From positions 9,055,129 to 9,119,128 of the forward strand of contig CM082576.2 in the NCBI GenBank assembly GCA_040954595.2: a DNA stretch of 64,000 nt, in the 5' to 3' direction. Positions 50,634 to 64,000 of the stretch are shown in pieces. This stretch comes from Balanoglossus misakiensis. Lineage: Eukaryota; Animalia; Hemichordata. The position numbers and the translations under genes were made by a program. How positions within the stretch are numbered: the first letter of the stretch is position 1; every line of letters begins with the position of its first letter. The notes under the pieces are model-generated. The model was not told the origin of the DNA and ran no database searches. It saw nothing but the letters and a program-made list of their open reading frames with translations.

Positions 50634-53600
50634 GGTCTTCTTTGGGATCTCTTATCCATGATAACATAACATAACAGTAACATCTAAATCTCGTCCCTGG
50701 ATTATACTTACCGCTCTTGGTCTTAGTCAAGCCAGTCGTAATTGTTACAAGTCTGCCATTGGTTGTGCTTACAATAGCACTTCTTGCAAACCTAAGGCTC
50801 AGACTGTGGTAAATGCATGTATTTTGATCCCTTAGATTTTACCATTATTTTCTACGTTTTTTTTTTAATTCTCAATGTTTTTTTTACAGAAAATATGTTA
50901 ACATTTTCAAAAGTGGGGGAGACCAGACAGATGTGTAGTAATTCTTAGCAATGACACCAAAAACTGTCACAAAAAACATCAGTCTTTCCCAAAGTGCAGT
51001 AGGAATTGTATTTTGAAAATTTGATTTCTCTTTTGATCACCACATCTCATTATATTTGATGGTTCTTTCATATACCAATGGCGGTGTAATTAAATCTGGG
51101 CGCCCATGGTCAACATAATTTCATCATTTTTTTCTGGCACACAAGGCTCCCCCTTGAATGCAGTAATGAACTTGATATTTTTTTTTATAATAATGGTGTA
51201 ATTCAACTGTCGTCAGCATGCTCTCACTACGGTGCCAATAATGAACCCCGGTGAAATTCAATCAAATTCTAAAATTAGTTTGATGTGGTGGCAGTTAGCG
51301 CTATTGATCTCGGCGAGATAGACCGGCAGCTCTCTGTGCGCTTTCATTAGAACATATTAACAGAGCTTTCTGTGGTTTCTTAATTGGATGGGGAAATAGA
51401 ATTGTCCGGTGCAAAGAGCTCAAATTCCAGACTTGTGTAAACCATCCAGTGTTCAATAATTGGCTCGACTCAAAAAAGAACACAGAGAGTGGGAATATTA
51501 TCATTCTCTGAACCCAGTCAGAATCGGAAGTTTTGATTGAAATTTTCACCTTTGAAAAAAGTGACTTTCAAAGAGCTGTAATGGACAGACATGCTATTTA
51601 TTGTTCCACATCTTTTATGCATTATGATCAACCGATGTAGGCATTAAAGTTATTACCGGAAGATAAAAGTTGTCCACCATTTCTGCGGACTGATGACTAG
51701 ATTATTTTGAATTTTATTTCCCACGATGAATGATATTTGACTACATTACAGTTTTACGGCTGTGTATTTTATCATCTTAAAATTCGTTTAGAATTAGTAC
51801 CAAAATCTTTCTGAGGATTCTAAGCCTAAGCTGGCACATTCTCCCGGCAAACCTCGCCCTTTGGAAGTCAAGGGTCAACAGTTCAGATCTCACTCAGAAA
51901 ATGACATGCCACAAATGTGTACTGGCAATTTCTGCAGTATCAACTTTGACAGAAACAATCAAAAGTCCAGATAAAAGCCTTTTTAGCCATTCCCGCGAGT
52001 ATTTTTCTATACTTTCACTTTTTTTTTCAAATGGATTTTATCGGTAAAAGGTTATAACTTGGAATTTGTGACACCATGTGCAATTGCTTTGGCCATCATC
52101 AAAAGTTTGACTTGAGTCTGTCTCTGTTAGTTTCGATTCCTAGTTGTCAATCTACATGTATATGGTCTCTGTGTGGCAGTTGTATTTGACTCTTGAAAAA
52201 AACAGAATCAGTTGTTTTTTTGCGATTCTGTTTGGTTAACATCAATGAAAATCAATTATTTCCTAAAAAGAGGTGCCAGACTCGGACGTGTTGACGTCAC
52301 AGTAAATATGAATTTCGCGGAAACGGTTGTTTTCTTTCTCTGATTGAAGGCCATTCTACTTTGTTTGAACTCACCTGGCCATTATGCCAATTCAATCCTT
52401 TTATCAGTCACCTGGGCTTGCAAAAATGTACTTTTCTGATAATCCAGCCTTAAAACTGTGGGCTGGGCAAGATTGAAATTTTTGATGGCTTAAAACTTCC
52501 AAGGGTGCAATGATTAAATTCAACAGGAAAACTGAAAACAACAATAAGAGGATATCAGTGAAGCTGGTGTGATTTTCAGCATTTCACAGATTATAAATGA
52601 GTCGATACCTGCAGCAGATTTTGTTTGGCAGCATGTTAGAGTAACCCCCGCGATACCTTGACACGTCATTAGCAAGAAGATGAATATTGTGATTCGTGAT
52701 GTGTTTTTGTTTTTCTCCAACCATCATTGTGGGGGGGCTTTATCAGGGCTTCCTTTGGGGCTTTTGGTTAAATCCTACAAAGTTCCTGTGGACATGTGAT
52801 ACGAGATGTTTGGACTTGATGTTTGTTTCCCCCATGGGAGGGATTCCACCCCCCACTAAGGGTGACGTTTGCGATAGAACTGCGGAAACACACCTTGTTG
52901 TCACACACGTAACAGTTATTATAAAATGTTCCGTTGGTCTACTGATGGCAAAAACATGCGTGATCAAATTTTCTATACATCAGAATTGTAACGTTGTACA
53001 CTGATGCTGCTAGTACTTGTCAACATAGCCTTGGGGGGTTTGCTTCAAGGTAGAATACCCCTTTCATTTTACACTGATCTATACAAAATGGGAAGCGTGG
53101 GGGAAAAGGACAAAAAAATTCTCCCATTAGCACTTTATCACTCAAAGTTAGCCATATACTCAAGCCACAGGAGACAGAAAATCAGTTCGATGCATGTTGC
53201 CAGATTGCCTGGAAGAATTACATTCAATTTCTCATCAGCTTTCGTTTCTTTCGCCAGACGTGAAAAGCTTGTCTACTTGAACGGAACATAGCGAAACATA
53301 TTTTCATGGGAGTAGGTCGCCGAGAGGTCAAACCACTGTTTTCAACTTTCCATCAGTGCCCTTATTCAGCTTCCAGAAGTGAATGCAGAGAGAGTCATTA
53401 CTGTCAAAAATTGTTCCATCTCGCCAAGATTGCTGAAAATTCCTGTTGACTCGAGATTGGTGAAATCGTGTCTGATATAGTCCATCATACTGATTACCTG
53501 TGAAGACATTGCGCACAATGACAATCGGGTTGGTGGTTGTTATGATGAGAGTAAAGGCGCTTCTCAGATTGAAACGGTGGTCATGGCAACCATCCGGTAG

Positions 53601-56600
53601 GAAATTGTGTTGTTTTTTTCCTGTTACAAACGAGAGCCGTGCCGAGCGGTAAATTGTGCCTGGAAGATGTTGGTGACAACACGGTGAATGCGGTGACCTT
53701 GACATTGACCTATTATTTGCACGTATATCATTCAGTGGAATAACATCACTAAATGTAACAACCATTTCCAGTATTCTGAAATTTTCACGCTCCACTGTAC
53801 CCTTGGGTCCTGCCAAGATGCCAGGTGGAAAAATAGCAGCTTTCATAAAACTTGCAGTTTTAGATGAAAATGTGGATGAAAACAGGATGAGATTGTTAGA
53901 TGACTCTGTAGTAATGTAGAATCTCAGATTTCAGATTTTTGGAACCTAATAAACAGGGACAGTGGAAGAGAGTTTGTGGGTTTTTATAGCACAGCGAGGA
54001 CTGTTGGATTTTGTGAGTCTGTGACATATCGCACCAGCGTGTCTATACCAGTTACATTTATAGACATCTGCTGTGTAGAGTGAATGGTGCAGGGAGGCCT
54101 ATACAGTTGCAAATTTACTCTCAGAATGTGTGAATCAGTGAGAGCGCGCTGAAATTGCTCAATCACTCACTCATTCAGCATCGCACTGTAACTAATATTA
54201 AGTGGTGTAAGGTACTAGTGCGTGATTGTGATCTCCAGTGTGTCGGTAAATCTGTAGCAGCTTGCAAGGAAACATTTCCCGCCAGTTTAGTGGCACATCA
54301 TCCAAGACAAATTAGAATCCACTTGTGCGCATGCAGGCAGTGCCTTCGTTTATCAGGCAAGCTTTAAACAGCGTCTTCAAAGTACTCAATCTGGTTTTAC
54401 TCGCCTCGTTGTACAATATTGTAACCAAGCAACGGCTTCGGAGGATGATCACGTGACCTGCAGTGTTGAATGGTGAAAAGAAAAAAATACTGTCAGTGGA
54501 ATTATTCCTCAACATTGATGATTGATGCAAAGTGCACAATCATCTCGGTTTCGGTTGAACCTGAGATGTGAATAGCAATGGCCTTGTCGGTGAAGGAGCT
54601 GTTTGTATAGAAAGATTCATATACACAAACAGATGACACACAGACTTCTGTGACAGTGTGGTGTTTATTCACAATTTTTTTTTCTGTGTGACACATACAT
54701 GTACACGCCAGCATTCACTGCAAAATGTGTTTCGATATCACAGTGAGCTTGCGTGCAAGAGATGTAAACCACTCACTGCTGGTGCCAAAAGTACACCATT
54801 TATCTACTTATGCCATTTTAATAACCTATTACAGTGTTTTCAGTCCAAAAATAATAGAAATCGTCATGCAGTCTGAATGAGTGAAGCCATAAAAAAATTA
54901 CCATTACATTCATGTGATGGCTACACATTAGTTTAGACTGACTGGAGTTGTTCTGTGTACTCGGGAGAAATGAGATGGACACAATCATTTCCCAATAATC
55001 AGATTAGTCCCCTCGTTAATCCCCTTGTTAATCCACTTGTCTGAATGATGCTTAGGGCAGATTTATCCAATTATGAATCAATGATTGTGCTTCATAGCCA
55101 TTAGCTCCAAACAAAAAAATGAAAGATTTTAATCAATATAAAAGGGTCTGATGCCTGCTGCTTAATTAAGTACAAGTAACCCACTTGCCAGTCCATGTTT
55201 AGACTCTATTATCACTGGAATAACATAAACTGATTTATGACGTTTGTGTTTGCACAGTGGATTTTACATAAAGATTGTGATATCTTAGTGAAAGTGTAGT
55301 ACTCTTGTAGATAGGCAAAAAAGAGGGAGTGTGTGTGTTGGGTATAAGGAAAACAAGACAGCTGTATAATGATTGACGGATGAATCATGTGACACCAGAT
55401 CACCTGACCCTACTCCCTGACCCAGTCCACTGTTCTAATTTTATATAGCGCACTGCATATTATCGCAGTGTCTCAGTATGTCGAAGCAGCCGTCGCTCAC
55501 GGACATAGTACAAACCGTGACAGTTCCCCCCAAGACTCCCTAAGTCTGATTACTTTGCAAGCTGGTAGACCCCGAAGACCGAAGATTTTGTGATTAAATT
55601 GCCGTTGATCCTGAAGGTGTTCATGTCTATTTCCCCTCCCTGTAATGCTCTGTGGCATGTTTCTGTTGAGTGCCACACGAGTATGTAGTACGTTTTGATG
55701 TAGTCATCAGTGATGTGATCGTGTGATGTTAAAATTTTATCTGTGATTTTATTTGAAAACCCCACATCCTGGGAGAACAAACATTACCGGCACGATCGAT
55801 CGAAGCAAAAGGTCCTGCAGTCATCAGCTACTCATATTTGTTTTAATAGAAAAATATGGGAATATTTTGGCATGATGTTCAATACAGCATGTGACACCAA
55901 GTGACACAACACTAACTCCCTGTTGTGTGGCTGTCTGTGATATCCCTGGACCGCGGGTCCGCGCACTCTCCAGTGAAATATAATAATACCGCTGTATTGA
56001 CCAAACGTGGTTGATTGAAGCTAATGGGATTTGCAGGGAACAGGTTTCACAAATAGAAAATCATGGCAGTGTGTGATTAAGAATATTTTACTGAGATCAC
56101 TCGTAAGTCAAATTGTTTGATATCATAGGAGGGCGCTTAGATATAAGCAAGGCAAATATTTCTTCAAATAGGAAACCCTGGGTGTCATTCACGAACAAAT
56201 TGGAAGGCTGTGTCAAACATTACTTTTTGGGTGCCTTCAATATAGTTTTATAAGTACCTAATGGTATTGGTGATATTGACTGGGGGGTGGGGGTTATGTG
56301 GCAGTACAGTTGGATGATTGACTAACCAAACTAAAGCCATGGGCATCGGTGGCATTTGTTCCCCAAATACAGCACAATAATCTGCCTCCGTTTATTAGAT
56401 CTGATAAAGCCCTTTGAACGGTCGGTGACTCTCCCATTTGAAACGCTCTGTTAGAAGTAATTACTGTCCTGAGATGAGCAAGTCCTACGTGTGTAGTAGG
56501 GCATCTGTGCAGCTTGTAACTGACATATGCTGAAGGGGAACGTACTCTGAACCATTGATGAAGTTTTAGAAATCCAACAAGATCACTTGAAGGACATGTG

Positions 56601-59600
56601 ATTTGCGTGTTCGGTTTGCCGGTTACACTCCAGGGACGTAGAGTGCTCCTCCATTGAAGTAAATTGTGCAATAAGTCTTTGTAAAGTAACACTCTCATCA
56701 GTTGACTTTATATTCAACAGTAATGTGTGGGCAGTTGGTTTTTCTGTGGATTTTGTTTCCGTTCCGCTTTATTTTCGCTTCCCTTTAAATTTGTGTCAGT
56801 GAAATTTTACAAGGAGTCTTTATGCACTTTAATCAGTGCGTTGCCTGCCTGCTTGCATCCATCAACCTCCATTTTTTTTAAAAGACTTATTTTTTAGAAA
56901 ATTGCTTATCAGTCAGCCAGATAAGCCCGAACAAAGGAATTTTGAAATTCAGATATTTATTTACATCATGTGCGACCGGCCACGAAGCATTATCTCTTGT
57001 TTTTTTAAGAAACTGCTTTTATCATTCAGTCAGTCAGTTGGTTGGTCGGTCGTTGCACTGATAGACCGAGCGAACACGTGATTCTAGTCATGTAACCAAT
57101 TCAATCAGCAGACTATCATTTTAATGCTCCATAACTTAGTGCAATAAAAGGCTTGCCAGTGTGGCCTTTGTGTTCGCAAACAAAAGTGATATCTGCAAAT
57201 ACCTATGGACGGTTAGAACACAGTCTTTTTAAAGCCTTGAGCCAATTGTTTACATGGTATTTTTCTCAGTGCATGCACATTTTAAATAGCACTGCCTTTG
57301 TTCTTCGAATGAAGATAAAAATTTAATATGAGAACGATCAAATTTTATGAAATTTCATAAATGCAGGTCTGACCAATCGATAAAGCTGTAAAAAGATATT
57401 TATTACATTGGTGGCTGCCTGAAATAGTAAAAACCTTAGCCTTTTGTCATCCGAGATCAGAAATTTTATCTTTGTATCTTCCTATCTCAGTATGAGGTTT
57501 TATGAGACTGTGGTATATTGCGAAGTTAATATTTGTATGCTTGTTGCCTCGATGTAGACATCGGCTGGTAACAGAGAGAATTCTTTGAATTTTATGAATT
57601 GTTCAGTCATGTCAATGTGATCTGTTGAATCTTGATTCAAGCTGCATATTGGAAAATGTCCATATTTTCTTAGGTTTCTTCCTTCATAAATACCCTCTGT
57701 GTAATTGGAAGCATTTCAAAGGAACCGATAGAGTACTGACAGATCTGATGAACAGATGGCAAACAAAAAATGTGCTGTTAAAGCCTCAAAGAATTTATCG
57801 TGGACATAGGATTAAATCGTATCAATTTTGCTAACATCAGAATATGAAGGTACAGCAGGGAAAGATAAAACTTACATAAAAGTAAATATCACATTTGCAG
57901 TAAAAATAAATTAGTATTGGAAAGAAAAAAATCCTGATGCTTGAGTACTCAGGACGGAGTCGAACTTTGATATCAGACTGGTAATTTCAAGAAATTCTAT
58001 CATCTGCAGCTGTCTTCTGCAGTTGTTCAGTAAACCGTTCTATTCTCCCATGTGTGGAGAGAGGTTGCTCATCGCCGACCCCGAGGGCATGATCTTGAAA
58101 TTATTTTCAGAAAGATTAACCTCCTTGTTTCCCTCCGTTCGAGTCGTTGTGGAGGCCCCTTGGGAAACTCTCGGTTTTGTTCTGCTCACGCTAAGTATTT
58201 ATGGTGATTTTAAAAGGCCATAATATCACATTCCGTCACACGGCATTTTGAAGTAATGATCGAGCCAAGTTGTCACAGATTTGAAATTCAAAATGGCCGC
58301 CAAACTCTGTGGAGAAAATGTGACAAATTTCAGACTGTCAGCCATGGACTGTCTATTATTACTCCATGCTTAAATTTATCCTTCTATGTGCTGAGTCATG
58401 TGCTGTTTCTCTCTTTTCCCTTCTTTTCGTGCCATTTCACCAGGTGCCGCTTCGAACTTGAAATCTGTGTCTCCATCACCTCCATCTTGTGACCCACTCA
58501 AAAGTGACACATCATTTGCCCACCCGATCTTCACACCTGTTTATACACACACACGACACGCACACTCCTCCCGCTTGGTTTGCCAATTTTAACTAGGGTT
58601 CCCCAACGCCTTCAAGGTCATATATATATATAGGTCAGATGATGTATATGACATGAGCCGACATAAGTCCAATTATGCACATGTGTCTTCGATGGCCGCC
58701 AGGCAAATATTTCTGTCATGACAACAAAATTGGACAGGGAACAAGATGATCTGACGGCGCTAATCTTGTCGACATTATATCGGAAGTCAGTGTGCCACCT
58801 TGTAATCTGCTAACCAGTGGTCTGCAGCAACCAGACGCCGTGTTGACACAAAATAGTTGCAATCAAACTCCTTTTACAGATCCCATAAAATGGCCGAAGC
58901 AAAGGTGCCCAGTAGTTATATTAACGAGACCTAAATAAAAGGACTTCATGTTCATCCAGAGTGCATTTCAAGGAAATTCTTTTTTTTTCAATCTTTCTGG
59001 CGCAGTGTCAACTGGGGGTTCGAAGATTGATGTTGTGCTCATATCGGCGATGTCCTTTTATTGCGTTTTTGGATTGGGGTGAAAACTGACTGCGGGCTAA
59101 ATGCAAACAGAGCCATAAAATAGGCTGTCTAAAGTAGGCGTGTGTATGGAGCCTTGTTTTGTTGTGACATAAGATTGCAGATCAGCAGTTAAATGGGTAT
59201 TTGGAAATCTGGCCCATGTTTGATTCATGAAATATGAACGGCGCTGTTTAAAGTTGCACCAAGGTCGAACAAGGTCAGGAGTGTGTGCCAGTGAGAATGT
59301 AGACATGGGCTGATTTGATTGCAACTGTCACGTTTATAACTACTACTAAGAATTTGTTTTATGTTTCTTACCAAATCTAGCAACATACATGTAGTTTATA
59401 TTACCTTGAACCATACAATTGTTGTATTGTCCCATATTTTAGCTTAAATTCTTGTTGTTTTTTCAATGTGACGATTGTAATACACAGTCAAATTTAAACT
59501 CATTTGCCTGTGTTTGCAGACAAATCAATGTCGATGTTGTTGTTTTTAAGCAAGCAAAATTACACCAACTAATGCATACATCGCCTCAAGCTGAATGTCA

Positions 59601-60553
59601 CTTTGGATGTTATTGTGCATGAAAATGACTTGTAAAATCTGAATAAGGTACAAGATGATAGTCATTTTAATAGTCATACCTTGAGGCTATGCATCTATCA
59701 GGCAATATTTTGATGAGCGTGTAGTCAAATGAAATCAAAATAATCATGGAGACAAGACTGTAAAATATGTACTTTTTATTATTGCAACATTTTACATGAA
59801 CATTTATCGGGCTCAATCTGACCTGATTTGCAACACGCATACAAGACAAAGGCACTGATGCATTTTTAGAATAGACAGTCGTCTCTGCTTGACTGCTGTG
59901 TCGAAACTTCTAATTTAACCATCTGAATTTCAGATCTCCTGCAGAGAATTCTAAATGTTCTTCTGTACGAGGGAGGACATCACGGGTTGCAATGTCCTTT
60001 TTTAGCTGCAGTAGTGTTTTTTTGCACTGTGTGTAACTCTTGGTAACCAGGCACGCTTGCCAGCAATGATATTCAACTCAAATTTCCATCTTCTAATTTA
60101 TCTGTCGCTGTTTATTACGATGTGTGCAACGTTCGTCACGTTTTTTGTTATTTTTATACCACTGTGGTTTAAGAAATGAACTTGCCCAATGTTGGCTGTT
60201 CCCGTTCGATTTGATCAAAATCCATCCTTTTGTCATGTGCAGCCCACTTCAGGTTGTGGGCTTTGATGAACGTTACCATGGCAATGTGTGATTTTGATTT
60301 AGGTCAGGCAGTCAATATCGCTCGCACAGTTTGAGTTCTGACGAGAACATTCACTTCACATCCTCAAGGACACGGTGACCTCAAGAAAAGTGATTTCCGA
60401 CTGGATCCCATTTGGATTGCATACGCATAGTTTTGAACAGCAAGGGGGATATTACATCTGATTTCTGAATTTATTTACACACAAAACTATGCGATTTCCG
60501 TGCCTGCCTCCATGTCATAACAAATATTACAACCATGTTTGTTTTTATTTCAG

Positions 60554-60717
60554 CATCCCAATACGCCCATAGCCGTCGTGAAACCCGAAGCCAAGGAGAA
60601 GTCGGTCACTGCCGAGCGTTCCGTCAGCTTTATCGACAAAGTGAGGGCCAGCTTTTCGGAGCAGCCGGAATTCTATCAGCACTTTCTGGACGTCATGCGA
60701 GAAGTTAGCAACAGAAG
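60554..60717 (+). CDS. Internal coding exon encoding the first two helices of a Sin3-type PAH (paired amphipathic helix) domain; possibly part of DTD1
   Basis: Acceptor ttttatttcag| and donor AG|gtatgg; GC3-rich codons unlike the flanking DNA; translation HPNTPIAVVKPEAKEKSVTAERSVSFIDKVRASFSEQPEFYQHFLDVMREVSNR resembles Sin3 PAH1 (VEDALSYLDQVKxxFxxQPxVYNDFLDIMKEFKSQ). Confidence 0.75.
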
Positions 60718-63700
60718 GTATGGCACACAGGGTTCTGCTGTTGCATTTCTCATTTCCACTCCTTTCCTTCGAATATTTTTGCTGTCTCAATTGGGCTACT
60801 CATGTTTTAATTACAAGGCATTTAATTTCACTTTATTAGCATCATTAAGAAATAATCATAGCACACTTGACATGTGGGATAGGTGAGAGGTTGGAAGAAA
60901 CTTTTTATGTGGTGTGGCATAAAACTTACACATCCTCTCGAACACTCTGGGATGGACATCTCCACCAATAAACATATCTCCTATGATTGCCCTTGAGACA
61001 ATTATTTTAGTTAATTGAGCCAGCAAACAGCAGAGGAAGAGTTTGAAGTGTTTACTTAACAGCTATATTAAAAGCCTTGGAGTGTTGGGCGGTGTGTGTT
61101 TTTAGCAATTGACTCAGTTGGTAGTCCCTTTGGCTATGGTATTAATATTGTGTAGTTACTGGTGTAGTTGCTGAGACCTGAAAACGGAAGCCAAGGGAGA
61201 CACGTACAGAGAGAGAAAAATGGTAGATTGCTGTCCTCAACCTGACATCAGGAGGATTTAGTTTTTTTCTTACATCAGGCAGTTGTTAGTTGAACTGCAG
61301 AAAGAGAGAGAAACTATGTTGCGATATGGAAGCGATGAACATGATGAAAAGATCTTGGGTTTTCAGTTCAATTTTTACTAGCAAGCACTTTCCTAGAGCT
61401 TTTAGGTTTTACTTGAGAGAATTTCATCTGATGCAGTTCATCTTTTCTGTAGTGAATAAACCATAAAAGTCTCACATTCCTTTGCTGGACAAACATTCAA
61501 ATTGATACCCTAATCTTTGCCATTTTGAAAGTGATTTGATTTTAAATAAATGAGGTACACTTGTACAAGCAATCACTTTCAATGAGGAAACAGGGAATAG
61601 TTTGTCTCGGGTCGTTTGTCTTGCAATTGAGGTGAATTACACAGAACTTCCTGCGATCTGCATCAATTTTAGTACCAGACAAAACTCTTAATTGAAAAAC
61701 CTTGTTCAGTCCAATACAATTCAAATTTATGTCTCTTTGAACCATCCCCCATCATGCTAAATTTAGAAAGTGGCCAACACAAATTTAATTATCATTCCCC
61801 ACCCGTTTTGTGGTTCCCCATTGAGAGAAAAACACAGGATAATTGGTACTTGCAGATAAATGTGTGATATGGCATTGACACATTGCATGTACTGGTAATT
61901 ATTTTAAAAGCTTACAGAGGAACCTCAAGAATGTTTAGCGTTAATTCCCCTCAAGAACAATTTGTCCTCGCATTTTAGTTTTCTCAGTCAATGCCGTGCC
62001 AGAAATAGCTGAAATGGCAGAGCATTGAGTGAGCGGGGAGTTGTCGTAATGTCAAGATTGAGGAGAATCTGTGTTGTCATCTCAAAGTATGAGAGAGACC
62101 TACGATGACCTTCTCGGGGCATGCAAAACACGCGGCAAATAAGCCTTGTCATGTCTGCTGCAACATTCCATCTCTTGTTTTCATTTCGTGTGCGTTGCGC
62201 GTTCAGACTGCAATCAGGAGCCAGTCGGATCTCAGTGTTCTCTGTGTGTATCTGTATCAAGTCAGGTCAGCCTACATGTAGTTACGTATTTATAAAAATT
62301 GTAAAAATATCCCAAAGTTACAGCTAATGGAGCTTTCAAGTCATATCACCAAGTAATATCAGAGCTGCGCTGACTGTAATTTACCAGAAGTTCCTTGCTG
62401 ACACATGGTTGAATTTAGACCCGATCTTTTCACTTTTGAATTGATATTTCTATGCAGGAAGCCATCCAATTTACATACTGATCAACTAATTTTAAAATTT
62501 GCTATTTATATCTTGAAAGCATCTGTCTCAAAAGCCAAATTTATCATAACTCTACATTTCAATAAATTCAATTACATTTTATATTTTGGTCTGACACTGA
62601 AAGCTATTTATAAGACCATCAACATATTAATTATTTTCATGGTCTTAGTTACATTGTGTGTTTATGAAAATGCAAGATTTTTTATAATTGCACTGTAGGT
62701 TATTGACCTTTGATGAATGCAGACAGTATGTACGCACACAAAATTTATAGTCCTCAAATTGTTATTCCATCATGGAATTATCGCTGATTCTGCTGTGGCC
62801 ATCTTGTCCCACACAAAACCCTTGCACAGTTTCACTATGGCTGTTGATCACAGCAAAGAACTTGCTGCATTGTCAAAAATAGGCTCTGTGTCTTTCTCCC
62901 TAATAACAATTTCTTGCTGTAATTTTGTGGCAGTCAAAAACCAAAATTTGATGATCTCGCAGCAGTTAATGGGGAGAAAAGTTGTTAGAGGGTCTGCTTA
63001 ATCAGTCTTCAAAGCAAGTTGCATCAGATCAGAAGCACACAATACAATCCAGGGTTGCAGAAAATCTTAATCCAGTGCTAATACATATCGCATCTAACGC
63101 ATGAAAACGTGAATGCTGTCCTAATCACAGTTTCACATCTCATCTGCACTCGGTGACAATATATCACAACAGCCTTACAAATGTATCTTACACTGGGATA
63201 AGTTCTCCGCACACTATTTTCTAGTCTTTCAATACCTCAATAAACTCAGCAATACAACATTTATATAAATCCATTCATGCAGCCATTCAGGCAGAAATCC
63301 CCTCACATTCTATATGCTTCCATATTTGACATTTATAATACTGTAAAAATGCCGACTCCTAATCAACATAGACGTACGGTTGCTATGCACCTTTTCTCCA
63401 CGTACACTTGGATAGGCGAGCGCACCAGGCATTGCTTTGAGCTGTCGTTTGGCATATTCATTCTACACAGAAATTATCACCACAGTTACCATGGATATTG
63501 GAGATCAATAGCCAAGGCACAGATTATTACTCGGGTGGGCATTCCATTGGGACATTGTGTAATTTACAAATATGGTAGCGTATTGTACAATAGAACTTCA
63601 TGGGTTACGGCAGAAGGTCTATAAAAATATAAGTCACTAGTGTGTGTATAAGCAGTCTGTTTGGCTGTTATTTAGAGGTGTTCTGAAATCAGCTTCTTCA

Positions 63701-64000
63701 AATTTGTTGATACAGAAGCGAAGTTGCTACTTGGACAATTGGAATGTACGGTACAATGACTGGTACATCCATTGATTTTGTGGTGAGATCAAATATGGCT
63801 GACTTTAACATATGTATTCGTTTTTGGAGACACATATTTCTCAACAATGTCATCTGCAAGAGCTGGTATATCTTTTGTAGTATCGCAATATATGGAGGCT
63901 AAAAAGTTGTTATTGTACATCTAGTGTCCTTACTTAAAAATGGCAATGTGTAGGTCCAGTTGTTGTTTTCAAATTTATTCCATCGGATTAGATATAAATA

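Noticed and set aside
53328-53846. 172-aa minus-strand ORF
   Set aside because: No domain motif, no splice-consistent neighbours, composition typical of a chance ORF.
1-64000. Prokaryote-type systems (CRISPR arrays, operons, defence islands), rRNA and tRNA genes
   Set aside because: The sequence is spliceosomal-intron-containing animal DNA; the tandem repeats are microsatellites without spacers, and no tRNA or rRNA signatures were seen.

Overview
Eukaryotic, intron-rich animal genomic DNA, AT-rich and probably from a marine invertebrate deuterostome such as a hemichordate (taxon is inference only). The ORF track is mostly uninformative, so genes were reconstructed by hand from splice sites and reading-frame phase. 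In order: (1) a possible 5' end/promoter of an unidentified minus-strand gene at the left edge; (2) a complete 14-exon transglutaminase (minus strand, ~684 aa) with a PIF/Harbinger-type MITE in intron 1; (3) a complete 22-coding-exon VWDE-like type I membrane protein (signal peptide, UMOD/D8C, VWD with GDPH, EGF, TM; ~1101 aa, minus strand); (4) head-to-head with it, a small EMI + UMOD/D8C gene (plus strand); (5) CFAP70/TTC18 (minus strand), sharing a compact bidirectional promoter (RFX X-box, NRF1, ETS motifs) with (6) DTD1 (plus strand). About 11 kb after DTD1's last recognisable exon lies an in-phase Sin3-type PAH-domain exon. The most notable observations are the candidate DTD1-PAH fusion, a CG (not AG) splice acceptor in front of an essential DTD1 exon, three GC-AG introns in three genes, a homologous 3'-end block shared by two unrelated genes, a His-to-Arg change in the transglutaminase SAHD motif, CFAP70 microexons, and a Crypton-like hairpin element.
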